Shown: piece after piece, positions 49,483 to 58,478 of the stretch
Numbering within the stretch: the first letter of the stretch is position 1
Layout: the number at the start of each line of letters is the position of its first letter
NCBI GenBank assembly: GCA_016208855.1
Contig: JACQXF010000078.1
Coordinates: forward strand, 3,491-67,490
Source of the DNA: Nitrospirota bacterium
GTDB lineage: Bacteria; Nitrospirota; Thermodesulfovibrionia; UBA6902; DSMQ01
DNA length: 64,000 bases
Direction: 5' to 3'
Notes under the pieces: model-generated
The model's input: the letters and a program-made list of their open reading frames with translations, nothing else
What the model was told of the DNA's origin: nothing
Database searches by the model: none
Program-made: the position numbers and the translations under genes

Positions 49483-50991
49483 ATGAGCCGGGATTTTTAC
49501 AACAGGCTTAAAAACCACATAGAGTTCGTTGACATTGCCTTTGTTGCTATACGAACCGTTTTGCTTTTAGGCGGGGTTGCATGGCTTATACTATCAGAAA
49601 TATCACAAGAAACATTTAAAGATGTCAGCAGCCTTCTCATTTATTTCGCTGCTTATAGCGCTTTTATTTATCTCTTTTTATTTCTCTTTAGCAAGAAAAA
49701 AAGGGCTATTTATCTTTTTCTGCTGCTTCTTGATCTCTCACTTGTATCATTGCTTGTCAGCGTAACCGGTGAATCCGCCAGCCCCTTTTTTAATGGCTTT
49801 TACCTGATAACAACGCTTTATTCATTTTATTATGGTTATGCGGCTGGTCTCATCATAGCGGCTCTCTCAACAGCGTTTTACTTTTTAAGCAGCGGACTTA
49901 ATTTTAACATCCTCCATTGGACTGATTTTTCTGTAAGGGCTGCATTTTTATTTCTATTAGCCCTGCCTCTCGGCATGCTTTCCGGGAAGCTGAAAAAAGA
50001 CAGGGACAAGATTGAAAAGGTTAATAATGAATTACAAGAGTCCCTTAAAAATATATGGTCGCTTCAGGGGAAGCTTGTGCAGGCAGAAAAGCTTTCTGCC
50101 ATTGGCAGGCTTACTGCTGACGTCGCTCATGAAATCAGAAATCCATTAACTTCCATAGGCGGCTTTGCAAGAAGGCTTGATAAAAAACTATCAGAAGGGG
50201 CAAAGGAGAAGGAGTACGCAGGGCTTATCGTATCAGAGGTTGACAGGCTTGAGAGAATCCTGAGAGACGTCCTTACTTTCTCAAGGGAGGCGAGGTCTCA
50301 TATGAAGGCTCAGGATATAAGTGACACTGTAAAGGAATCCATAAAGGCATTTACAGATATATGCCACGAACAATCAATCACTATCAAGGAAAACATTGAT
50401 ACCGCGCTTCCTCCGATCCTGCTTGATCATGATCAGGTCGCGCAGGCAATTAACAATCTTATATCTAATGCCGTTGACGCAATGCCTCATGGCGGAGCAT
50501 TAAAAGTAACTACGTCTATAGAGCACATGTATGATATTGATTATGTTGTGGTTGAAATTTCAGACACCGGCTGCGGGATACCGGAGGATAAATTAAGCGT
50601 GATATTTGAGGCTTTCTATTCTACGAAAAAGATAGGGGTTGGCACAGGACTCGGTCTTTCTATATGTAAAAAGATCATGGATGAACATAATGGATTAATA
50701 AAGGTAGAAAGCACATTGAATAAGGGCACATCCTTTAAGCTTTTTTTTCCTTATCAGAGCCGGGAGGAATCTGCCAAGATAAAATGCTGGGAATTCCATA
50801 AGTGCGGGGTTGAGAAAGAGGAAGGCTCTGCAGGGATGAGATGCGCTGCCTATCCTGATTACGGTAGAATTTGCTGGGCTGTAGCCGGCACATTTTGCGG
50901 CAAAAAAGTAAGCGGCGCCATTGCACAAAAACTTGGCGACTGCAGAAAATGCGAGTTCTATCAGAGAGTCGCGCTTAAAAAAGACCTTTAA
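49483..50991 (+). CDS. Membrane sensor histidine kinase with a C-terminal Cys-rich extension
   Basis: About 5 TM helices, H-box AHEIRNPL, HATPase (DTGCGIP, GTGLGLSICK), then an ~80-aa tail with 8 Cys (CWEFHKCG...CAAYPDYGRICWAVAGTFCGK...CRKCEF). Confidence 0.75.
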   Translation: MSRDFYNRLKNHIEFVDIAFVAIRTVLLLGGVAWLILSEISQETFKDVSSLLIYFAAYSAFIYLFLFLFSKKKRAIYLFLLLLDLSLVSLLVSVTGESASPFFNGFYLITTLYSFYYGYAAGLIIAALSTAFYFLSSGLNFNILHWTDFSVRAAFLFLLALPLGMLSGKLKKDRDKIEKVNNELQESLKNIWSLQGKLVQAEKLSAIGRLTADVAHEIRNPLTSIGGFARRLDKKLSEGAKEKEYAGLIVSEVDRLERILRDVLTFSREARSHMKAQDISDTVKESIKAFTDICHEQSITIKENIDTALPPILLDHDQVAQAINNLISNAVDAMPHGGALKVTTSIEHMYDIDYVVVEISDTGCGIPEDKLSVIFEAFYSTKKIGVGTGLGLSICKKIMDEHNGLIKVESTLNKGTSFKLFFPYQSREESAKIKCWEFHKCGVEKEEGSAGMRCAAYPDYGRICWAVAGTFCGKKVSGAIAQKLGDCRKCEFYQRVALKKDL

Positions 50992-51003
50992 CAACCAATA
51001 ATT

Positions 51004-52350
51004 CTACCCCATATTTGACTTTATAACACCGGCTATGCCGTCAGCAATTGACTGGATGTCCTGCATAACCTCTCCCTCGATCATTACCCTTATCTTGGGC
51101 TCTGTCCCTGATGCCCTTACAAGCACCCTGCCTTTGTTAAGCCTCTTTTCCGCATCTTTTATGGCATCCATAACAATGGGAAACTCTTCAATCTTTCTTG
51201 ATTTTTTTACTGCCACATTCACAAGCACCTGCGGATAAATTATAATAGGCGAGGCAAGCTCTGAGAGCGTCTTTCCGGTTTTACGCATTACGGCAAGCAC
51301 CTGAAGCGCTGTTACAGCGCCGTCTCCTGTAGTGTTATAATCCATAAAAACTATATGGCCTGACTGTTCACCGCCGAGGTTATATCCGCCCTTAAGCATC
51401 TCCTCAACAACATATCTGTCTCCGACAACGGTTCTTATTACATCTATTCCCTGTGCTTTGAGATACCCCTCAAACCCGGCGTTGCTCATCACCGTTGCCA
51501 CAACCGTATCGCCTTTTAATAAACCGTCCATCTTCATATCCACAGCACATATGGCCATTACCTTATCACCGTCTATCAGCTCCCTTTTTTCATCACAAAG
51601 TATTGCCCTGTCAGCATCTCCGTCATGGGCAATTCCTATGTCTGCCCTATACTCAAGCACTGCCTTTTGCATAGCCTCAGGGTATGTAGAGCCGCATCCT
51701 GCATTTATGTTTATGCCGTCAGGCTCGTCATTTATTGCTATAACCTCAGCGCCAAGCTCTTTAAGCGCAGAAGGGGTAATCCTGTAAGCAGAGCCGTTAG
51801 CGCAGTCAACAACAATCCTCATCCCTTCAAGGGTCTTGCCCTTTGGAAAAGATGCCTTTACATACTCAATATACCTGCCCCGCGCATCATCAATCCTGAA
51901 TGCCTTACCTATGCCTGAACCGGTAGGCCTCACATTGTCAAGGTTATCTGAAAATACCGTCTTCTCTATCTCTTTCTCCACGCTGTCAGGGAGTTTAAAG
52001 CCGTCTGATGAGAAGAACTTTATGCCGTTGTCATCATAAGAGTTATGGGATGCGGATATTACAATGCCTGCATCAACCCTGAGGCTTCTTGTTGCAAAGG
52101 CAATCCCGGGTGTGGGCATAGGCCCTACAAGGGCAACATCCATGCCCATTGAGCATATGCCTGATGTAAGGGCGCTCTCTATCATATATCCTGAGACCCT
52201 TGTGTCTTTGCCAATAAGTATGATGTCTCTGGCATAATGTTTTTTCTTAAGTATATAGGCTGCGGCGCGGCCCACTTTAAAGGCCATCTCCCCTGTCATT
52301 GGATATTCATTTGCCCTGCCCCTTATTCCGTCTGTACCAAATAACTTCAC
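51004..52350 (-). CDS. glmM: Phosphoglucosamine mutase
   Basis: MKLFGTDGIRG...GIVISASHNSY...GDGDADR. Confidence 0.9.
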   Translation of the reverse strand: MKLFGTDGIRGRANEYPMTGEMAFKVGRAAAYILKKKHYARDIILIGKDTRVSGYMIESALTSGICSMGMDVALVGPMPTPGIAFATRSLRVDAGIVISASHNSYDDNGIKFFSSDGFKLPDSVEKEIEKTVFSDNLDNVRPTGSGIGKAFRIDDARGRYIEYVKASFPKGKTLEGMRIVVDCANGSAYRITPSALKELGAEVIAINDEPDGININAGCGSTYPEAMQKAVLEYRADIGIAHDGDADRAILCDEKRELIDGDKVMAICAVDMKMDGLLKGDTVVATVMSNAGFEGYLKAQGIDVIRTVVGDRYVVEEMLKGGYNLGGEQSGHIVFMDYNTTGDGAVTALQVLAVMRKTGKTLSELASPIIIYPQVLVNVAVKKSRKIEEFPIVMDAIKDAEKRLNKGRVLVRASGTEPKIRVMIEGEVMQDIQSIADGIAGVIKSNMG

Positions 52351-53000
52351 TTTATCCTCCTTACATATATACTAACCTTAACCTCAGGCGTAAAAGTCCT
52401 TATGCCTCTTTTCGGCATATTAAGGTTAACGCTATAATGAAGGTCTCCATCTATGCCTGTAATGTCCACAGGCTCTGTTTTAACAGAATAGACCTTTGCC
52501 ACAGCGCTTGCAGGGCCTTCTATCTCTATGTTTTTAGGCGTTACTGATATGCTTTTAACGAGAAAGCCTTCTGCTGGAGAGCCTGTAATAATAGGGGTAA
52601 CTACAACCTCTTTTTTAAGCCTCTCTTCAAGCACAAGCATTACTGTCTGAGGCGATATCTTTGTGGCAACAAGGCTTTTTGGCAGCCTGATATTGTCCGG
52701 GGTTATGGCAAATAAGTTCTCGCCTTTTTTAGAGTTCTTAAGGTCTATAACAACGCCTACATGTTCTTCCCTGAGAGCTTTAAGCAGTCTCTCCTGCCCT
52801 TCTACATTGATGCTCACTGTCTTAGCTCCGTCTATGACTTCTATCCCGGAAGGCATATTCTTAAACCCTATGGGAACATCCAGAACAATTCCCGAGCGTC
52901 CCTTTGATACGACAAAAAACCAGAGCGCTATCGCTATCAGCAGGGAGATTACCTTCAGCAGGGGATTCGTCTTTATAAACTCTATTATTTTATCGTTCAT
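52347..53000 (-). CDS. cdaR: YbbR-domain protein (CdaR, CdaA regulator)
   Basis: N-terminal TM helix plus YbbR-like repeats. Lies between cdaA and glmM as in the conserved cdaA-cdaR-glmM operon. Confidence 0.7.
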   Translation of the reverse strand: MNDKIIEFIKTNPLLKVISLLIAIALWFFVVSKGRSGIVLDVPIGFKNMPSGIEVIDGAKTVSINVEGQERLLKALREEHVGVVIDLKNSKKGENLFAITPDNIRLPKSLVATKISPQTVMLVLEERLKKEVVVTPIITGSPAEGFLVKSISVTPKNIEIEGPASAVAKVYSVKTEPVDITGIDGDLHYSVNLNMPKRGIRTFTPEVKVSIYVRRIK

Positions 53001-53024
53001 CGTTTACCATGAGCCATCAGCCAT

Positions 53025-53683
53025 TCATTTCTTCTCTTTTGGCGCTGCAAATAATTCAGTAAGAAAGTCCCTTAATGAGCCCATATCCACATTCTTCTCA
53101 AGCACGCCGCCTACGGCAGTGGCAATGCTCCCTGTCTCCTCAGACACGATTATAACTACGGCGTCAGATTCTTCGGTAAGGCCAATGCCTGCCCTGTGCC
53201 TTGTGCCAAAGTCCTTTGAAGTGCCTGCGCTCAGCGTGAGGGGGAGAAAACAAGTGGAGTGCCTATTTCAACAATCTCATCCAGGGCTGTCTCTCTTTCA
53301 AGAACAACAAGCGCCCCTATCTTTCTGTTTGCAAGGGCAATGGCTGCCTTTACAATCTCCTCAAGTGCGTGCAGTTCCTCTGCCTGTGCATGCAGGGGCA
53401 GAAAGCGCGCCCTGCCTACCTCTGCCAGGGTCTTGCGAATTTCAGGCTGAAACAGGACAACAAGGGCAATGACTACCTGCGCCCAGAAGCTCTGTATAAT
53501 CCAGTCCATTGTATAAAGGCCCAGGTATCCTGAGAATGAAAAGGCGAAGATCAATGCGCCAAGGCCGATAAGCATCTGCACAGCCTTGGTGCCCTTTATG
53601 ATCAGAAGCACCTTATAAACTATGATCGCAACGAGCAGTATATCAAGAACGTCCTGCCAGCGTAGTTGTCCTAATATTTCCAT
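53025..53683 (-). pseudogene. cdaA: Diadenylate cyclase CdaA disrupted by a frameshift and ~35-codon internal deletion
   Basis: Frame 1 (53231-53683) gives 3 TM helices and the DAC N-terminus up to ...ALDEIVEIGTPL. A second frame (53025-53240) gives ...GTRHRAGIGLTEESDAVVIIVSEETGSIA.... The segment carrying the DGA motif is absent. The junction sits at a G5 run near 53240. Confidence 0.6.
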
Positions 53684-53810
53684 ACGGAATTATTATAACC
53701 TAAATCGTGTTATTGTTGGCATACAAAAGCCTGAACACAGCTTACCAACTTGTCAGCTTGATAGCTTGCCAGCCCTCCATAAAGTTCTACTTTGGATGGA
53801 TGTGAAAATA

Positions 53811-54551
53811 TTATTTAAACTCCACAGAAGCCGCAGGGTTAAAGGGGTTTGTCCTGATTGCAAATGAAAAAAGGTAGGGGTAATCCTTTCTCAGATGCTT
53901 TATATAGGCGAGCCATTCAATAATTAAAATAGCATATGCCCTCTTAATGTCAATCGCTACATGCTCATGGTCTCTACGAGAGAGATTCCCTACATCTGTC
54001 CTGTTGGCAAGCTCTTCAGCAAGGTGAAATACTGCCCAGAGGAGGTCTGTGAAAGAGTCATGCTCAAGGAGATTGGGGTTTTCAAGAAGGCGTATCAAAA
54101 AATCCATCTTCTCCCCAAAGAAGGCCTTTAGCGCAATTAATTCATCCCTGCTTACATCTATCTCGCCCTGATACTTTTTAAGGTCTTCTGAAATCATAGC
54201 GAATCTCTCTTCTGTCCAGTTTTCTGTCATGAGAAAAGGCTCCCTGATGGAATCAACATTTTTATCAAAACTTATAAATTTCTTAAGAAGCCCTGTTCCT
54301 ACCTCAGTGAAAAAGACCCCGATAACCATATTCATCTTTTTAAGCATGATTCGTTTCTCTCTTATACTTAGAAGCTTATTTAATATGAGCGTAACAAGAA
54401 GCACCTGAATTGGAATAAATGCAATGTCCTGAAAAAGATAGAAGAATGTATCCCTCGGCGCATGGAAGATCCTCACCTGAATAAAATAGATACCAGCGGA
54501 AAATGCTATTAATGATATTGCTAAAATACCCTGCCATCTAATCCGGTTCAT
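53811..54551 (-). CDS. Hypothetical membrane protein (2 N-terminal TM helices plus a cytoplasmic domain)
   Basis: ORF with a plausible RBS. No recognisable motif. Confidence 0.4.
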   Translation of the reverse strand: MNRIRWQGILAISLIAFSAGIYFIQVRIFHAPRDTFFYLFQDIAFIPIQVLLVTLILNKLLSIREKRIMLKKMNMVIGVFFTEVGTGLLKKFISFDKNVDSIREPFLMTENWTEERFAMISEDLKKYQGEIDVSRDELIALKAFFGEKMDFLIRLLENPNLLEHDSFTDLLWAVFHLAEELANRTDVGNLSRRDHEHVAIDIKRAYAILIIEWLAYIKHLRKDYPYLFSFAIRTNPFNPAASVEFK

Positions 54552-54668
54552 GATAGTCTCTGTTAAGGCTTCTGCTCTTTGGTCTTCAGATTTTTTATAT
54601 CTTCTTTATACTCTCCACTCTTTGAAAAAGAGGTTGTTGAATCTATTATAGCAGGGCCACAAGCATAA

Positions 54669-55575
54669 TACCCTCTATCCCCTGAGGAGTTATTCACAGA
54701 AGTTCTGAAACTGTGTGCAAAGGCCGGGATGGTAAAGATAGGCTTGGTAGCATTGGATGGGACGAAGATAAAGGCCAATGCAGCCCTTGAATCAAACCGT
54801 ACATATGAACATATAGAGAGCGAAGTAAAAAGGATGCTTGCCGAGGCCAAAGATGCAGAAGAGGATAAACTTTACGGCAAAGACAAGCGTGGAGACGAGT
54901 TGCCGGAAGAACTGCAGGAACGAGGGAGTCGTCTGGCGCGGCTGAAAGAGTTCAAGGCGCGATTGGAACAAGAGAAGGCTGAAAAAGCAGCCATGCAGAG
55001 AGAGAAGATAGAAGAGAGGCAGAAGCAGGAAACCGAGATCGGGCAAAAGAAGCGGGGTCGCAAGCCGAAAGAACCGGAGGCGGCAGCCAAAACTGATGCA
55101 AAGGCAAATGCAACTGATCCCGACAGCAGGATAATGAAGACACGCTCAGGCTATGTGCAGGGCTACAATGGATAGGCAATGGTAACAGAAGAGCAGATAA
55201 TCATCTGTGGCAGAACTTACCACAGAAGAAAACGATGTAAAGCAACTGATCGAAAGCAGAAGAAAGCATTGTGGAATTAGAGTTAAGCGGCAGGCGGTAG
55301 GAGAGGATAGGCCTCCTTGTGGACGCATACCCGGGAGCTTGTCTTTACGGGAGCGAATGGCGCGTAAGCTTCAAACAAAACGGGGACGGGCATTATATAA
55401 AAAGAGGGGACAGATTGTTGAGCCGATTTTTGGACAGATAAAAACCTGTCGGGGGATACAGAAGTTCATGCGGCGCGGATTTAAAGCTTGTGCCAAGGAA
55501 TGGAAGCTCATCTGTGCTTCGCACAATTTGTTGAAGTTATGGCGCAGTGGGGAAATGGTGGTCAATGGGACTTAA
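54669..55575 (+). mobile_element. Degraded IS1182-family transposase (N-terminus missing, internal frameshift around 55175-55207)
   Basis: ...LFTEVLKLCAKAGMVKIGLVALDGTKIKANAA...TDPDSRIMK...GYVQGYN, then in another frame ...IVEPIFGQIKTCRGIQKFMRRG...ICASHNLLKL. No terminal inverted repeats seen. Confidence 0.65.
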
Positions 55576-55694
55576 GAATGGCCCAAAGAGGAATCCATTC
55601 CCCCCCACGGTAAGGAAAGCACGCCGACATTATCTATATGATTCTGGCACTAAAGAATATCTCTCTCATTCAGTGGAATTCATCCATTTGAAAA

Positions 55695-56852
55695 ATGTCC
55701 GTGCAACGGGCTCTTAACAGCAGGATAATAAATGCGCAGGCCATTGATATCAAGCCTCAGGACTACTTTGCTGCTGCCACAAAGGCAATTGATACAGGGT
55801 ATGAACTCTACTATAATGCAGTACCTGTGCTTGATAAACTTTTAAAGGAGCGTTTAGACAGCCTCTTGGTAAAGCGCAATACTGCCTTAGTTATATCAAT
55901 CTTTGGGATTCTTGCTGCCGTATATCTCTTCTCAGGTTTTTATTTTTCCGTAATGCATTCCTTGCAGAAGATGCAGGGGGCTGTGACACGCATAGCCGGC
56001 GGAGACCTTACAGAAAGCGTTGAGATTGACACAAGGGACGAACTCCGTCAGCTTGCATCAGCGATAAATGAGACAAGGCAGTCGCTCTCTAAAATGATAA
56101 ATCAGATTATCCAGTCAGCTAATAGCGTAGTCTCTTCTGTTGATATACTCAGGCCGAAATCAGAGAAGGCGTCAGGAGGGGCCGTAAAGCAGGCTGAAAG
56201 CGCAACTCAGATAGCCACGGCAGTAGAGGAGATTACGTCAACTATCGCAGAGATAGCAAGGTCAACCTCAAATGCAAGCGAGCTATCAAAAGAATCATCC
56301 AAGACTGTTGAAGAAGGGGCAGGGCTTATTAAGGAGACTTCCTCTATCATAAATGCACAGGGAGAGAAGAGCCAAAAAATAGGGGAGGTCATAAGGTTTA
56401 TTAATGAGATAGCGAGCAAGACTGACCTATTGGCTGTAAATGCGGCAATCGAGGCAGCAAATGCAGCAGAGCATGGCAAGGGCTTTGCCGTAGTGGCAGA
56501 GGAGGTAAGGAAGCTTGCAGAGAGGACATCAAAGGCCTCATCTGAGATTACAAGTATTATAGATGAGATACAGATGGGTTCAACTAATGCAGTGAGCCTG
56601 ATAGAGAAAGTCAACAAATCATCACAAGATGTAGTGTCAAATGTGGCAAACGTAAATGACCTTATAACACAGATAGCCACAGCCGTGGAAGAGCAGTCTG
56701 CAGCGCTGGAGGAGGTTTCAAGGAGCGTAGAGGAGACCTCAAGCACGGCACATGAGATAGAGAGGATGTCTGATGATGTGATACGGGAGGTTAACTCTTT
56801 AACGTTTACGGCAGAGGCACTAAAAACAGCTGTATCAGGATTTAAAACATAA
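55695..56852 (+). CDS. Methyl-accepting chemotaxis protein, 5'-truncated paralog of the 47296-49191 chemoreceptor
   Basis: Begins inside a periplasmic sensor domain (no TM1), then TM, HAMP, and a signalling domain ~90% identical at protein level to the CZB chemoreceptor. Ends right after the signalling domain with no CZB. Immediately downstream of the IS remnant. Confidence 0.6.
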   Translation: MSVQRALNSRIINAQAIDIKPQDYFAAATKAIDTGYELYYNAVPVLDKLLKERLDSLLVKRNTALVISIFGILAAVYLFSGFYFSVMHSLQKMQGAVTRIAGGDLTESVEIDTRDELRQLASAINETRQSLSKMINQIIQSANSVVSSVDILRPKSEKASGGAVKQAESATQIATAVEEITSTIAEIARSTSNASELSKESSKTVEEGAGLIKETSSIINAQGEKSQKIGEVIRFINEIASKTDLLAVNAAIEAANAAEHGKGFAVVAEEVRKLAERTSKASSEITSIIDEIQMGSTNAVSLIEKVNKSSQDVVSNVANVNDLITQIATAVEEQSAALEEVSRSVEETSSTAHEIERMSDDVIREVNSLTFTAEALKTAVSGFKT

Positions 56853-56928
56853 AGAACCCCTACGTTTTATCTTTGGCAGACACAAGGCTCTCTTGGAAAT
56901 TCCTTAAAAACTATGTTAACCTGAGGGC

Positions 56929-57849
56929 ATGAAATTAAGCGAACATATCCTAAGCCTTATTGGAAACACCCCTCTTGTTAAGCTGAATCATATCCCTCAA
57001 AAAGACTGTGCTGAGATATGGGCAAAGCTTGAAGGATTTAATCCCGGCGGCTCTGTAAAAGACCGAATTGCCCTTTCAATGATAGAGGCAGCAGAAAGAG
57101 AAGGAAAACTCCTGTTAGGCGGAACTATAATTGAGCCTACAAGCGGCAATACAGGAATAGGTCTGGCAATGGTTGCGGCAGTTAAGGGTTACAAGTGCAT
57201 CCTTACAATGCCTGAGACAATGTCTATTGAGAGAAGGCAGATATTTCAGGCCTTTGGAGCAGAGGTGATACTAACAGCCGGAGAAAAGGGAATGATGGGG
57301 GCAGTTGAGGAGGCAGAGCTGCTGCTTAAAAAGAACCCTGAATATTTTATGCCCCTGCAGTTTGAAAACCCGTCAAATCCTGAGACCCACAGAAAAACAA
57401 CGGCAAAGGAAATCCTTGAGGCCCTTGGCGCTGATATAGATGCCTTTGTTGCAGGGGTCGGCACAGGGGGTACAATTACAGGCGTTGGTGAGGTATTAAA
57501 GGATAAAAATCCGCAGATAAAAATTATAGCAGTTGAGCCCTCTAAATCTCCTGTGCTCTCAGGAGGAGAGCCCGGGCCGCATAAAATTGCAGGCATAGGC
57601 GCAGGTTTTTATCCGGGTGTTTTAAACACAAAGGTTTACGATGAGATAATACCTGTAAATGACGAAGACGCCTTTAACATGACAAGACGGCTTGCTAAAG
57701 AAGAAGGTATATTGGCAGGCATCTCATCAGGGGCAGCATTATGGGCAGCTATAAAAATAGCACAGACGCTTGGAGAAGGCAAAAGAGTTGTGGTTGTTTT
57801 TCCAGACCGTGGAGACAGATATTTGAGTACCGGTGTCTTTAGTCTTTAG
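56929..57849 (+). CDS. cysK: Cysteine synthase A (O-acetylserine sulfhydrylase)
   Basis: PLP-binding SVKDR and GNTGIGLA, 306 aa. Confidence 0.9.
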   Translation: MKLSEHILSLIGNTPLVKLNHIPQKDCAEIWAKLEGFNPGGSVKDRIALSMIEAAEREGKLLLGGTIIEPTSGNTGIGLAMVAAVKGYKCILTMPETMSIERRQIFQAFGAEVILTAGEKGMMGAVEEAELLLKKNPEYFMPLQFENPSNPETHRKTTAKEILEALGADIDAFVAGVGTGGTITGVGEVLKDKNPQIKIIAVEPSKSPVLSGGEPGPHKIAGIGAGFYPGVLNTKVYDEIIPVNDEDAFNMTRRLAKEEGILAGISSGAALWAAIKIAQTLGEGKRVVVVFPDRGDRYLSTGVFSL

Positions 57850-57880
57850 CTGGCAAGCTTATTAGCTTACCAGCCTTACA

Positions 57881-58078
57881 TTATCCCTTGCTTGCCTTAA
57901 AACAATCATCCCGCCAGAGACACCGGGTCTGCGAGCATACCCCTGTTGTGGCTGTGCCAAAACAGTCAAAACTTCCCTCTGCCCGCTGGATAGTCTTGAT
58001 AATATCTGCCTTTCTCTTTAAGTTTTTTATTATTACCTTTTTCTTCTTGGCGATTTCCTGTAATTCCTTAATAGTCAT
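57881..58078 (-). CDS. Small protein with a Rho_N/SAP-like N-terminus and a 4-Cys C-terminal knuckle
   Basis: MTIKELQEIAKKKKV...ADIIKTI then CFG...CSQTRCLWRDDC. Overlaps the PilZ gene by 4 nt. Confidence 0.35.
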   Translation of the reverse strand: MTIKELQEIAKKKKVIIKNLKRKADIIKTIQRAEGSFDCFGTATTGVCSQTRCLWRDDCFKASKG

Positions 58079-58401
58079 GTCTCACCTCCCTTAACCAAGC
58101 TTATCCATAAAGGATTTGAATCTTCTGCTTTAGATGTCAATTTTACGCCCATCCCGTTTCTTAATTCCTGAAGCCGTGTCTTTATCGACCTCACCACAAC
58201 CCCTGTCATAACGATATCTTTTCCGTCATCTGCCTGCAGCGTGATTGTTAAGTTAGTCCCGGGCTTTAATGCATGCCTCGTCCTTATAAAAATACCCTCA
58301 AGAGAAAGGTTTGCAGACAATGCCTTGTGCTGCTCATTTCCGTCTGAAAAAATAAGAGGAATGCGCCTTATCTTGCGTTTATGCTCCCGTTTGTCTGCCA
58401 C
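58075..58401 (-). CDS. PilZ-domain c-di-GMP binding protein
   Basis: RKIRR (RxxxR) and NLSLEGIF (D/NxSxxG) motifs. Confidence 0.6.
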   Translation of the reverse strand: MADKREHKRKIRRIPLIFSDGNEQHKALSANLSLEGIFIRTRHALKPGTNLTITLQADDGKDIVMTGVVVRSIKTRLQELRNGMGVKLTSKAEDSNPLWISLVKGGET

Positions 58402-58478
58402 TGCAATAATGATAGAGTATAATCTTTGTTTTGTCCACTACCTTAAAGAACCATTACTGATTATGTTAAAATCACCGT

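Noticed and set aside
52663-53472. 269-aa plus-strand ORF spanning cdaR and cdaA
   Set aside because: It is antisense to the conserved cdaA-cdaR operon and has no start context or domain.
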